From NCBI GenBank assembly GCA_018304165.1, contig JAGVWS010000033.1:60-64059 (forward strand): a DNA stretch of 64,000 bases, read 5' to 3'. A model generated the notes under the pieces. It worked only from the letters and a program-made list of their open reading frames with translations. It was not told where the DNA came from and made no database searches. Every line of letters starts with the position of its first letter. Positions within the stretch are counted from its first letter, which is position 1. The DNA is from Candidatus Pacearchaeota archaeon (GTDB taxonomy: Archaea > Nanobdellota > Nanobdellia > Pacearchaeales > GW2011-AR1). The position numbers and the translations under genes were made by a program. Below, one piece after another: positions 10,001 to 19,378 of this stretch.

Positions 10001-11096
10001 TTGGCTTTTCTACTTTGAGTTGGGTTCCTATGGATATAAATCCTGCCGCAATCGCCATGGTAGCAGGATGTATTGAAGCTGCCGAAAACCCTCCAAACCG
10101 GCTCCTCCCGTACCTGAACCTAAAAGAACCTGATGCAGAAGGATGCCCGAATATCGGCCTCCCTGCAACCAGATCTTTAATATATGTGGGCGACAATTCT
10201 TTCTTTCCCTCATCTCTCTTCCTGTGAAGAGAAGTATACTCTTCAAGAAATTCCCACTCAGAAATTTTAAATCCACTCTTCTGAAGCTTTCTCAAAATCC
10301 TCAGGCCTTTCTGGGCCTTTTGCGCCAGCCCCTCTCCCAGAATCAGGCAGAAGCCACCCCTTATAAAATTAGTCTCCACTCTCTTAAGATCCTTGTAATT
10401 TGAAACTTCCCTGTCTTCTGTAGGCTCCCCGGAAACCTGGATTGGAAGATGCCTTGCCAAAAACTCCGCTTCTTCTTCAGTAGGCAGGTATTGTAAATTA
10501 GTAATCCTTTCATGATAATCATAAATCTCTGCTATTGTTCTCTTGATTTCTCTTTCTGTCGGCTTGTACTTTGCATATCCAAATGCCTCCCTGAGGTAAT
10601 CAATTAATATCAGCACTACGCAGGATGCTGTTGTTCCGGCGCTTCTTATTGGTCCTGAAAAGTAGGGCACAAAGTACTCTCCGCCGTCCTCATTCTTGTT
10701 AGTCTTTAATGCAGTATACCCCTCTATGGGGCTGCTTACCACTCCAAGCGTGCTATACGCGAAGCCTATTCTTATTCCTGCATCTATTGCTTCTAACTGG
10801 CTGCTAAAAGAACAAAATTTCTGCCTTGCGATTTCCTCAGCTATCTTAAAAGAAATTTCTGGCGCTAATTGCCCATACTCCTTCTCAAGCTCCATTATTC
10901 TGTTTACTATCTCTTGCTTGTCTATCTGGGGATAAATTGTTGAAATTAATCCAACAGCCTTAGCTGCAAGAGTAGCCGCCAGCTTAACTTCCACTTCCCC
11001 CACAGGATCATATCCTTTGGCTCTTGCTTCTCTTGCTATCTCATACAAAAGATTAACTCTGTCTTGTAACTCCGCAAAGTATTCTTCATTGCTCAT
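7032..11096 (-). CDS. polC: DNA polymerase D large subunit DP2 (contains mini-intein)
   Basis: YFSGPIRSAGTT, IGARMGRPEKAK, NKDGTVRYD, CDGDE, IRGNLRKFSQQTFRC, zinc fingers. Confidence 0.97.
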   Translation of the reverse strand: MSNEEYFAELQDRVNLLYEIAREARAKGYDPVGEVEVKLAATLAAKAVGLISTIYPQIDKQEIVNRIMELEKEYGQLAPEISFKIAEEIARQKFCSFSSQLEAIDAGIRIGFAYSTLGVVSSPIEGYTALKTNKNEDGGEYFVPYFSGPIRSAGTTASCVVLILIDYLREAFGYAKYKPTEREIKRTIAEIYDYHERITNLQYLPTEEEAEFLARHLPIQVSGEPTEDREVSNYKDLKRVETNFIRGGFCLILGEGLAQKAQKGLRILRKLQKSGFKISEWEFLEEYTSLHRKRDEGKKELSPTYIKDLVAGRPIFGHPSASGSFRFRYGRSRFGGFSAASIHPATMAIAAGFISIGTQLKVEKPIKGCAVTVCDSIEGPIVKLYNGSVRRVNNIEEAKNCYKDVEEIIYLGDILFSFGDVLNRNQPLLKQGYVEEWWALEAKKAVPALNIDSSKVSFDEAAKMSEEYNIPLHPKYIYYWTQIDYSLFCSLLYWLENSYIEKKIILPYSLPQKQQFAEGKRALELLGVPHEVATENVVLKEEESKALLYNLGILQDILENNQYSLKEDIAHLKLKVNPSMQVLDIINKLAFVPIKDRAGTFIGARMGRPEKAKLRKLVGSPSVLFPVGEEGGRFRSVNEASEKGTIKGDFPIYYCNNCRRDTIYARCEGCDKNTEQRHYCRDCREIIYSKKCGKEGHNNITSYLNRRIDSTNYLAAAAKKLGMSGKDIPHLIKGVRGTSNKNHSMENLAKGILRAKHNLSVNKDGTVRYDATELPVTHFKPKEIGVSSKRLKEMGYEKDICGKELTSDEQILEIKPHDIILPSCPESKDEKSEEVFLNIAGFIDELLVKMYGAKPFYNIERKDQLVGQLVACMSPHNCAGVLGRIIGFSKTQGLLASPFIHAAMRRDCFDYNTKLPIYNGQQWNNIKIGELVEKLNPINIVDNYGTKEIKVENYKTVGFDNENNLSIVSINNFTKHSPSRTIKIKTATGKEITTTENHKFLVKENTIKTAFASGLKIGDLLILPRLRPLFNRNNCRVNFLESFSKINDIAINDINKKGGKDMGLKQDTNFIYDPIIEISAEKEQITYCLNVENHVVLANGILTRQCDGDEAAVMLLLDVLLNFSREFLPAHRGGTQDAPLVLNSRLRAGEVDEQILDFEVGMEYPLQLYELSEKGAHSSEVQVKTIRDVLKKGEDAFSNIGYTHETDDINKGLLNSSYKFLPTMRDKVNKQMELDKKIRAVDESDVARLIIERHFIRDIRGNLRKFSQQTFRCVGCNEIYRRPPLVGKCLKCGGRIIFTVSHGSIVKYLEPALELATKYNVSPYIRQSLFLAKSYIESIFGKEKDKQVELKKWF
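7782..8375 (-). mobile_element. Mini-intein (198 aa) in DP2, Cys1 to C-terminal Gln, +1 Cys
   Basis: Interrupts RRD/CDGDE; starts CFDYNTK, block B TTENHKF, ends YCLNVENHVVLANGILTRQ; no LAGLIDADG motifs. Confidence 0.92.
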
Positions 11097-11340
11097 GTTA
11101 ATTATCAGTTAATATGGTTTAATGCCACATTTAGTTTATAACCCCATTTTGTTTATTTTTCATGTTAATTATTGGTTGGTAAGACTTTTATTTTTCATGT
11201 TAATTATTGGTTGGTAAGACTTTTATTTTATAACCATTCTTTATTTATTATCTGGGTTAATTATCAGTTAATATTCGTTAACAGCACATTTAATTTATAA
11301 CCTCATTTTATTTATTGCTCATGTTAATTATTGGTTGATA
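11089..11340. repeat. Degenerate tandem copies of the DP2 start region
   Basis: (GC)TCATGTTAATTAT at about 11091, 11160, 11194, 11317; near-exact 34-bp duplicate 11155-11228. Confidence 0.75.
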
Positions 11341-11545
11341 ATTCTCCTCAGCAATTTATAATAATTGTTATGGTGGGTTATTGCAGATATTTATGCTATC
11401 TTTTCAGGATATATCCCATGACTTTAGTATTTCCCTATAATGTCTTGTGCTATATTATTTCCTCAATGCAGACAATAGCTTCAAAGTATATTTATTTTCT
11501 TAATGCAAACGATATTCTCAAAGCATGTTTATTAAAACAAAATTA

Positions 11546-13222
11546 TCAGGCCTGGCTGAAATCAAGCACCCTCATCTTTCTTGTTTTCATATTAAACACA
11601 GGCACTTTGCAGGGGTCCGGATGATTTCCCATTTTCTCTTCAAAGGGCGTTATTGACTGCCAGCATGAAGAGGCTATCATCAAAATATTATTATAAACAT
11701 CAATATCCAATTTATGCAAATCCCCCGTAGCAACTATGTCTGGAACTGTATCAATAAACATAGGATCCCTGTCATGATGAGGGATATATGGGTTGAATGA
11801 ATGCGTTGGGGAAAGGTGCCTTCTTTTAAGAAGGTACTTTATAACTTTCGTCGGCGAATCATGAGCCCTTCCCAGCCTCAATTCATCAATTTCATTGATT
11901 ATATTATGAAAGCTCGCCCCATGATACATTAAAACTCTGAATCCTCTCTTCTCTTTGCTCCTGCCGATTCCTATTTCTACCAGAGAAGGATTGCTCACCA
12001 GTATTAAATTACTTAAGTCATATAATGCCGCCCCATAATCCCTCCCCACAGGGGGCTGCGGCTCTGCTACTCTTACCGCATCGTGCTGTCCCGGGCAGAG
12101 AATGATAGTTATATCCTTTCTTATCATCTTTAAGTATTTTGCAAGCTCTTTGTACTGCTCTTCAATATCCGGCAGCTCCAGAAGCTTTTCCTGGGCAGGA
12201 TAAACTCCCACCCCGTCAATTGTATCCCCAACTATAAACAGATATTTGACCTTCAGGGCCTCTTTTTTCTCCTCTTCCTCCCCCAGCCCTCCATTAATCC
12301 AATTTATAAATCTCAAAAGATTGTCTTTCAGAAACATCTTGCTTCCTACATGAATATCTGATATGAATGCCGCCGATTCATCTTCATCAATCTTTAATTT
12401 GTCTTCTATGAGTGAATCTGGATAAAATATATCATTAACGAAAACAAAATCCTTGTCTCCCATTCCCCTAATTCCGATAACATCATCAAGGAGGATCTCT
12501 TTAGCCAAGTTGTATAACTCCTCCTTGTTCCTGTTGACCAGCACGCTTATTTTTCCGGTGTTGTCCTCCATTTCTAAAATCATGTTCTTGTTCTTCGTTA
12601 TTCTCTTGTCATAAACCAGCCCGATAATAGAAAGTTCCTGTCTCTTAAGCCCTATTTTATTTATGGAAGTAAGGTTATTTAGTCCCTGCCTCTGCTGGAG
12701 TATGCCTTTTATTCCGTTGAATCTCGTACGAAAGTATTTTACAAAATCATCAACTTCTACCTTCTTCGCCAGCCCGCCATACACTGCCAAAACTCTTACT
12801 CTATTCAAGCTCTGCGTGTCAGATAATAACTTATCTCCCGGCGCTTCCAAGCCGGATGGTTGTTTAATTTCCCCTACACCCGCCGCCTCATCTATCTGAT
12901 TGATAATCATTTCTTTCGCCGGGCTTTCTTCGAGAATACCAATTTCCTTTCGTTCTTTAGACAATTCAATATTTATTCCCAAACTTATCCATATCTTTTC
13001 AACTGTTGTTTTTCCAACAACCATCCCAAAAGCATTCTGCAGCTGCTGGGAATTCTTCAAAAGGCTCGATTTGGTTATAACTTTCTGATTCATCCCTTCG
13101 CTAAAAGATTCTATTATCTTTTTAACGGCTTCTAAATTCCCTATTTTTTCAAGAACCTGGCATACTTCAGAATCCACCAAAACTCCTTTCTCAAGACAAA
13201 ATTTTAATATTCTTTGATCCAT
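11546..13222 (-). CDS. polB: DNA polymerase D small subunit DP1 (proofreading exonuclease)
   Basis: OB fold, ISDIHVGS, GDTIDGVGVYP, PGQHDAVR, MYHG, RRHLSPTH. Confidence 0.95.
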   Translation of the reverse strand: MDQRILKFCLEKGVLVDSEVCQVLEKIGNLEAVKKIIESFSEGMNQKVITKSSLLKNSQQLQNAFGMVVGKTTVEKIWISLGINIELSKERKEIGILEESPAKEMIINQIDEAAGVGEIKQPSGLEAPGDKLLSDTQSLNRVRVLAVYGGLAKKVEVDDFVKYFRTRFNGIKGILQQRQGLNNLTSINKIGLKRQELSIIGLVYDKRITKNKNMILEMEDNTGKISVLVNRNKEELYNLAKEILLDDVIGIRGMGDKDFVFVNDIFYPDSLIEDKLKIDEDESAAFISDIHVGSKMFLKDNLLRFINWINGGLGEEEEKKEALKVKYLFIVGDTIDGVGVYPAQEKLLELPDIEEQYKELAKYLKMIRKDITIILCPGQHDAVRVAEPQPPVGRDYGAALYDLSNLILVSNPSLVEIGIGRSKEKRGFRVLMYHGASFHNIINEIDELRLGRAHDSPTKVIKYLLKRRHLSPTHSFNPYIPHHDRDPMFIDTVPDIVATGDLHKLDIDVYNNILMIASSCWQSITPFEEKMGNHPDPCKVPVFNMKTRKMRVLDFSQA

Positions 13223-13288
13223 TTTTCAAATGAGTTTAATTTGTTAAACATTTTGTTATTATTTGTCAAAACTATAGCTGGGAACTTT

Positions 13289-13403
13289 AATAGCTGAACT
13301 GTTAATCATTGACTACATACTCTGGATACCTCAATAGCTGAACTGTTAATCATTGACTACATACTCTGGATACTTTAATAGCTGAACCGTTAATCATTGA
13401 CTA
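13289..13403. repeat. Tandem repeat about 2.6 x 44 bp
   Basis: AATAGCTGAACTGTTAATCATTGACTA at 13289, 13333, 13377. Confidence 0.9.
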
Positions 13404-13509
13404 TTAAGTAAAGGACATGCTATTTTGGTTAATTATTTATGTCTTTCACTATATCTCAATAATTTGAATGTACCTTGCCCGTCTGAACTTTTGAATATTA
13501 AATAAAAAA

Positions 13510-14982
13510 TCAAAAGTTCAGGCTGTCTGTTATTATTTCTCTCGCTCTTGGTATTATTTGCTCTGGAATGAGAAGCTTAATCTCCCTGGTTCTTCCATAC
13601 CTTCCCTTGCTTATTACTCTTGCATTTATCAATCCAAGCATGTCAAATTCGGCTATCAGATCTCCCACCCTTCTCTGAGTAAGTATTTCGTTCCTGCTCT
13701 TCCTGCACAGTTCCTGATATAAATTGTATATGTCTCCTGTAAAAATTTTCTGGTTTTTTTGGTTCTGGGCCCGTCTTTTATTATTCATCAACTCCAGTGC
13801 AGCAAGAAGAACTATCTGAAACTGCTTAGGAGCAGAGGAGATTATATCTAATATTTTATCCTTGTCTATTTTCTCATTGGCTATATCAATATGCTTTACA
13901 TCTATTCCACTCTCTCCGGCTCTCTCTGCAATTTCTCCTGCCACTCTTAGCAAGTCTAGAGCTCTTCTTGCATCTCCATGCTCTCTCGCAGCGTACGCTG
14001 CACATTTAGCTATAACTCCCTCTCCCAAAACCCCCTGTTTAAAAGAAACATCTGCTCTTTTCTTTAGAATATCCTGCAACTGCAGGGCATTGTACGGCGG
14101 AAAAATAATTTCTTCTTCAGACAAACTGCTCCTCACTCTTGGATCAATCAAGTCCAGAAATTTTAGATCATTGCTTATCCCTACTATGCTTAATGTTGTT
14201 TTATCTAGCTCAGAATTCATTCTCGTCAGATTATATAAGAAATCACTGGATATTTTCTTGACTGCCTGGTCTATTTCATCCAATATCAGGATGAATGTTT
14301 GTTTTTCTGATTCAATAAGGTCTATAAATTTATTATAAACCTGGTCTGTTGGAAGCCCGGTAGCAGGCACTTCTCCCCCCATCTTTTTAATAAGTTCTGC
14401 AAGAATTCTATATTCCGTATCTGCAACTTTTTTCAGTTTGCAGTTTAAGTATTCTATTTTAAGGGGAATTTCTAATTTTTTAGCCTTGTTTAAAAGTTGC
14501 TCCTTCATATACTTAATGCATATAGTCTTACCGCTTCCCGTCTGCCCGTAAACAAATAAGTTGCTTGTCCTCTCCCCCCTCAAAGCAGGTGCAAGAATGC
14601 TTGCAACCTGCTCAAGCTGCTCATCTCTGTGAATTATTTCATCAGGATGATACTTTGTCTGCAAGTGGCTCTTATCTTGAAATATACTTTCCTTAGCAAA
14701 AGAATCAAAAATCCGGTCTATTTTGCTCTTCATTCCCTGATTATTAATATTATCAGAATTATTTTTTATCCCATGATTAATTAGGTTATTAGAACTATTT
14801 TCCATCTCCCAATTAGTTAGATTATTAACATTACTTTTTATTTCCTGATTAAGTATATTATTAACATTACTTTTTATCTCTGCATTATTAATTTCTCTAT
14901 TATTAATATTATTAACACCCCTCTTTACTTCCTGATTATTAATTACGCTATTATCAATATTATAAATATTATCAACACTCAT
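13510..14982 (-). CDS. cdc6: Orc1/Cdc6 replication initiator with Asn-rich N-terminal extension
   Basis: YGQTGSGKT Walker A, ILDEID Walker B, DPRVRSSL, HGDARRALDLLR, ISKGRYGRTR wHTH. Confidence 0.97.
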   Translation of the reverse strand: MSVDNIYNIDNSVINNQEVKRGVNNINNREINNAEIKSNVNNILNQEIKSNVNNLTNWEMENSSNNLINHGIKNNSDNINNQGMKSKIDRIFDSFAKESIFQDKSHLQTKYHPDEIIHRDEQLEQVASILAPALRGERTSNLFVYGQTGSGKTICIKYMKEQLLNKAKKLEIPLKIEYLNCKLKKVADTEYRILAELIKKMGGEVPATGLPTDQVYNKFIDLIESEKQTFILILDEIDQAVKKISSDFLYNLTRMNSELDKTTLSIVGISNDLKFLDLIDPRVRSSLSEEEIIFPPYNALQLQDILKKRADVSFKQGVLGEGVIAKCAAYAAREHGDARRALDLLRVAGEIAERAGESGIDVKHIDIANEKIDKDKILDIISSAPKQFQIVLLAALELMNNKRRAQNQKNQKIFTGDIYNLYQELCRKSRNEILTQRRVGDLIAEFDMLGLINARVISKGRYGRTREIKLLIPEQIIPRAREIITDSLNF

Positions 14983-15099
14983 TTTTACCCTCTTACCTCT
15001 TTTCTTTAAAATAGATTAGATTCAACCATTTCTTCATTTTATAAAACTTTAGATACTCTATAATATGGTAACAACTTATATTTATCCTATTTATCTCAC

Positions 15100-15410
15100 C
15101 CTTTTATCTCACTATCTCCCCTTCTTATCTCACACCTCTATTTCTTATGGAAACCATATAATAACAAAAAATTTCCTTGAAAAAAGGTATTTTTTAGTTT
15201 ATATCTGATAAAATTAAAAAATAACAGTTAACCTTTTCTTCCTGTGGAAATATTAAGCTAATATATATTCTAAGTTATATTATATTATATTATAATTATT
15301 TTAATATATATAATATATAATATAAAACTTTTTAAACAAAAAAAGAAAAAAGAAAACCAACTTTCATTTTATAAAGTTTTCTATGAGAAACAAAGGGGTC
15401 AGGGTCTATA
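15100..15410. promoter_or_regulatory. Probable replication origin (oriC): ORB-like boxes flanking an AT-rich unwinding element
   Basis: TTCCATAAGAAATAGAGGTGT (15132-15152, -), TTCCACAGGAAGAAAAGG (about 15232-15249, -), TTCTATGAGAAACAAAGGGGT (15379-15399, +); almost pure A/T 15260-15355; directly upstream of cdc6. Confidence 0.75.
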
Positions 15411-15414
15411 TTAC

Positions 15415-15798
15415 TCAATAACCTAAATTTTTAAGGTAATAAGCTGTATAAGGCGCTAAAGGATGAGGCAAATTGTTGATATCAAACCATTCTAATGCTT
15501 CACACTTATGTAGCTCCATTATCTTTGGTTCTCCTTCTGTTATTTCTGCTTCATATCCACTAAATTCTTCTTCTGCTTCTTCTATCTTCCATTTATAAAC
15601 CCCTAAATTTTTCTTCAAACTTATTATTATTCCTAACTCTTCTTTTGCCTCTCTTACTATTCCATTTTTTATTGTTTCTCCTTCTTCTATTTTTCCACCC
15701 GGGTTTGACCATTGATTATTGAAGAACTTCACATTTTTTCTCTTCATTAATAACACCTTCCCCCCACTAATTATTATGCATCCTCCTCCAATTATCAT
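15415..15798 (-). CDS. NUDIX hydrolase
   Basis: PGGKIEEGETIKNGIVREAKEELG Nudix box. Confidence 0.9.
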   Translation of the reverse strand: MIIGGGCIIISGGKVLLMKRKNVKFFNNQWSNPGGKIEEGETIKNGIVREAKEELGIIISLKKNLGVYKWKIEEAEEEFSGYEAEITEGEPKIMELHKCEALEWFDINNLPHPLAPYTAYYLKNLGY

Positions 15799-15848
15799 AC
15801 ATTATTGACTGTAGAAAAGTTTATAAAGAATTTCATTATTAATTGCTT

Positions 15849-16109
15849 ATGGCAATTGATAAGAAGCCTTTCAGCGCTATTCTAAGCAAGCTCATAGTAA
15901 CGAAAGAGGGTAAGAGATTAGGGATGGTTAAGGATATTACATTTGAAACCAGAACAGGAGAATTAATTCATTTAGTTGTTAAAGATCCTACCCCTTACAC
16001 AAAAAACCTGAACTTGGAATCTACACAATCCAAAGAAATTCTCATACCTTATAATTCTATAATTGCTATCGGCGACTTTGTTGTTGTTTCTGAAGAAGAT
16101 TTAGTTTAA
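15849..16109 (+). CDS. PRC-barrel domain protein (CdpB-like)
   Basis: IVTKEGKRLGMVKDI, TGEL, IPYNSIIAIGDFVVV. Confidence 0.85.
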   Translation: MAIDKKPFSAILSKLIVTKEGKRLGMVKDITFETRTGELIHLVVKDPTPYTKNLNLESTQSKEILIPYNSIIAIGDFVVVSEEDLV

Positions 16110-16153
16110 GTTATTGTTATCAAAATATAAAATAATATCTTCCTTATTTATTC

Positions 16154-16358
16154 AGTATCTCTGATACAGCTATAAATTAGCAATAAGTTCAGAAGCCTGC
16201 AGTTAATGTGAATATTATAAGATAAGCATTAATAGGCAATTTATAATACTTACCATCAGGAATAATTATACTACGTTATCGTCTCAAGATTGATTAATGT
16301 GTTCTATTTATTGATAACCCTAATTCTATTGAATATAATACTATTCATCAGAGATACT
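16154..16358. mobile_element. MITE-like element, 205 bp
   Basis: Perfect 12-bp TIR AGTATCTCTGAT / ATCAGAGATACT; aligns end to end (inverted) with 53423-53639. Confidence 0.75.
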
Positions 16359-16400
16359 TGCTACAACAAACTTTAAAAAGCAATTCTTCCAACCATCCTA

Positions 16401-16847
16401 ATGAAAGTTATAGGATTCGGCCTTACAAAGCAATTTGCAGAAAAGCTTATTGAGCCCCAGAACAATTTTTCAGTTAATACCGGAATAAACATTAAAGATA
16501 TCCAGCCGGCTAAAGTAGACTTTCTCAGGAATGAAGAAGCTCTAAGCTTCAGTTTTGAGCTTAAAATATCGTATGAGAAGGATATAGCTAAACTCTCCTT
16601 TAACGGAAATGTTCTTGTGGCTATGGATAAAAAATCTGCCTCTGATGTTCTTAAAAAGTGGAAAGATAAAAAAATCCCCGACCTGGTAAGAATATCCTTA
16701 TTTAATTTTATTATGGCCCGCTGCACTGTTAAGGCCCTGCAGTTTGAAGAGGAATTTAATCTTCCCAAACATATTCAAATCCCCCAATTCAGGGGGGAAG
16801 CAGCTGAGCCGGAAATGCCCGAAAAGGCCAAAGAAAAGAGCAGATAA
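16401..16847 (+). CDS. Hypothetical protein
   Basis: 148-aa ORF with ATG, upstream TATA-like TTTAAAAA, typical composition. Confidence 0.75.
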   Translation: MKVIGFGLTKQFAEKLIEPQNNFSVNTGINIKDIQPAKVDFLRNEEALSFSFELKISYEKDIAKLSFNGNVLVAMDKKSASDVLKKWKDKKIPDLVRISLFNFIMARCTVKALQFEEEFNLPKHIQIPQFRGEAAEPEMPEKAKEKSR

Positions 16848-16911
16848 TTACTATTTTATTATTCTACTATTCTAAGGCAAGATATAAAAATACTTATCCT
16901 TTCTTCCTATT

Positions 16912-17184
16912 ATGAGCAAGCTATCCAAAGAAAAGAGGGAGAGAATAATGTCTAATATTCTGTCTCTTCTTTATAATATTTTTCCACAATCTCTCTTTAC
17001 AGCGAAAATAAGTGAGGAAGAAGCAAGAGATGAAGAATTCACAAAGGGCCTCTTAATTGAGCTGGAAAAGAGGGGGCTCGTGAAGGCAATAAGGAAAAAC
17101 CCCCATGGCTCTCCCTACTCCAGAAGGATTAGGTGGACTCTTTCTCCGAGAGTTTATAAGATATATAAAGATAAATTTACTTAG
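16912..17184 (+). CDS. Small winged-helix protein
   Basis: ILSLLY...TAKISEEEARDEEFTKGLLIELEKRGLV...RIRWTL wHTH-like pattern. Confidence 0.65.
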   Translation: MSKLSKEKRERIMSNILSLLYNIFPQSLFTAKISEEEARDEEFTKGLLIELEKRGLVKAIRKNPHGSPYSRRIRWTLSPRVYKIYKDKFT

Positions 17185-17447
17185 AACCTGTCCTTATAGG
17201 CAGGGGTTGAAGGCTTTGTCGTTGATAAAAGGTTTATAACCAACCCTGTGCGGATGACTCTAAATATATAATAAAACATCTCAAAGCAAAGAAATCATAA
17301 GATTTCTGGCATTTAAGATTGTAAAAATAAACATATACTCAACAATCTTAATACATAAAAACTTTTCAAGTTTTTTAGCCTTGACATGTAATCAGATATA
17401 TACTAAAACATCTCAAAGTTTATAAAAAACCAATCTTATCCTTAATA

Positions 17448-18404
17448 ATGGATCCTAAAATAAAAGAGGCCTTTGATAAAGTTAAAGAAGATGTTTACCT
17501 CTTGTCTAAAGAAACTTATAATGTAGGGGTATATCTAGAGTCCACAAGAACAGAAATAAGAAGAGATATAAAAGTAGAAATTTCTCAATCCATAGATATC
17601 ATAAATAATCTCTTAAATGAGAAGCTAAATACGCTTAAAATACAGATAGAGAGACTGAATGACCAAATTCTTTCAGTAATCAATATTACTACATCAACCC
17701 CAACCCCGACACCAACATCAACACAAGCCCCAATTTCCCTCCCCACCCCCACACCCCTCCTCACCCTAACTCCAACACAAGACTTCCAAAAATCAACAAC
17801 TCCAACACATAATCCAACAATCCAACAGTTTCAACAGCCCTTAAAACAGCAAAAAACAGCATTTTCCATAGGAAACGAAGGGGTTCCAACAGACAAACCA
17901 ACAGACAAACCAACAGACAAACCAACAGACAAATATGAACCCCCTTTAGTTAAAACAGCACAAATACCCTCACAAAACATAGTGCCTAAAGAACTAAGAA
18001 TAGTAGAAATAGGTACTACAACAGAAAAAACATTTAATGATATAAATAATAGCATAACTAAAAAAAGAAATGATTTTGATGAAGCCATAAAAATCCTCGA
18101 AAGTTTGGACGGAATAAAGAAAGAAATTCGCCGCAAATTCAAGCAATTGACTTCAATGGAGATGAAAGTTTTTTCCCTACTCTACTCTTTGGAGGAAAAA
18201 GGAGAACTTGTCGATTACAGGCTATTAGCCTCAAAATTAGAACTTTCGGAGAGTTCTATAAGAGATTATATTGGCAGAATTATGAATAAAGGAATCCCCA
18301 TCATTAGAGAAAGAGTAAACAATAAAAAAATCCTCCTTAAAATTTCTTTAGATCTCAAAAAAATAGCAACTCTTGACACAATACTTCAATTAAGAGGATT
18401 ATAA
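17448..18404 (+). CDS. Coiled-coil / repeat-linker / C-terminal wHTH protein (paralog A)
   Basis: N-terminal heptads, T/P-rich linker with (PTDK)4, C-terminal DYRLLASKLELSESSIRDYIGRIMNKG. Confidence 0.8.
   Translation: MDPKIKEAFDKVKEDVYLLSKETYNVGVYLESTRTEIRRDIKVEISQSIDIINNLLNEKLNTLKIQIERLNDQILSVINITTSTPTPTPTSTQAPISLPTPTPLLTLTPTQDFQKSTTPTHNPTIQQFQQPLKQQKTAFSIGNEGVPTDKPTDKPTDKPTDKYEPPLVKTAQIPSQNIVPKELRIVEIGTTTEKTFNDINNSITKKRNDFDEAIKILESLDGIKKEIRRKFKQLTSMEMKVFSLLYSLEEKGELVDYRLLASKLELSESSIRDYIGRIMNKGIPIIRERVNNKKILLKISLDLKKIATLDTILQLRGL
17886..17933 (+). repeat. Perfect 4 x 12-bp tandem repeat in CDS, preceded by an ORB-like box (17864-17884)
   Basis: CCAACAGACAAA x4; TTCCATAGGAAACGAAGGGGT immediately 5'. 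Confidence 0.9.
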
Positions 18405-18625
18405 GGGCTATAAATCCCCTTTTTAGCTTGTTTAATCCTATAATTTCAATTAAGTAGATATTTTGTATAACGAATATCTTTACAAATTTCTTAGTATATT
18501 CTTGCTTTTTAAACCTTATAAGCTTAAAATTTAAGCTTTTTATATTTTTTCACACTTTCCTTACTTTTCTTTCAAATCTTATTTAATTTTCTTTAATTTT
18601 TCTCTGTTTTTCAGTTAGTGCCCTC

Positions 18626-19258
18626 TTAATCTTCTCTTTCCTGTTCTTTTTTAGTCTTTTTAACTCTCACTTTTACATCTTTTAACAAAATTTCCTTAAC
18701 GGAGTCTGGTATAAAGACTCTCTTTTTACCATTTTTTTCAATTATTTCTTCTATTAAGCTCTCACTTTTCTGTTTTATGCTATTTATCTGTCCTCTTATT
18801 GTTGTTCTTGTTTTTCCCAGCATAGCTGAAAGATCATCATAACTAAGCTTTAACTCCGTGTTTATTAAGACATACACTAATGTTCTTTCCATAGAAGAAA
18901 GTCCTCTTAAAAAATCACTACTTCCACCTGTTTGAACACCTGTTTGAACACCTGTTTGAACACCATAAACAGCTGTTTGTTTGCCTTGAACAGCTGTTGG
19001 TTGCTTAAACACCTGTTTAGAAATTCTTCCTCCAGTCAAAAAAACAAAATTTTTTACAGAAATTAAATCCTGCTCTACCGACGATAAACGCAAATCCATC
19101 TCATCAAACCTTTTTTCAGTGTTGTTGTCTGCCTGTTTAAGGTGTTCAAGCCACTTAGAAACACTCTTTATATCTTCTTTAACAATTTCAAAAGCATTCC
19201 TGGTATCTGTTTTTACCCTTTCAACCTCTTTTTTCCTGCCAAAGAGCCATCCAAACAT
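18626..19258 (-). CDS. Coiled-coil / repeat-linker / C-terminal wHTH protein (paralog B)
   Basis: Start MFGWLFG after an AGGGAG RBS (track start 19297); (GVQT)3 linker; LSYDDLSAMLGKTRTTIRGQINSIKQK HTH. Confidence 0.8.
   Translation of the reverse strand: MFGWLFGRKKEVERVKTDTRNAFEIVKEDIKSVSKWLEHLKQADNNTEKRFDEMDLRLSSVEQDLISVKNFVFLTGGRISKQVFKQPTAVQGKQTAVYGVQTGVQTGVQTGGSSDFLRGLSSMERTLVYVLINTELKLSYDDLSAMLGKTRTTIRGQINSIKQKSESLIEEIIEKNGKKRVFIPDSVKEILLKDVKVRVKKTKKEQERED
18925..19018. repeat. 12-bp tandem and palindromic repeats in CDS
   Basis: CACCTGTTTGAA x3 (18925-18960), AAACAGCTGTTT (18967), AACAGCTGTT (18989), AAACACCTGTTT (19007). Confidence 0.9.
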
Positions 19259-19378
19259 GTTCTCCCTTACATAGCCTTCTTTATAAACCTTTTCCATTAT
19301 TTTTCTTTACCGTCGATAAAAATGGATAAAATTGATATATTTTTTGCAGGTTTTTATGTTTTCTAAACTCTTAGGGAT

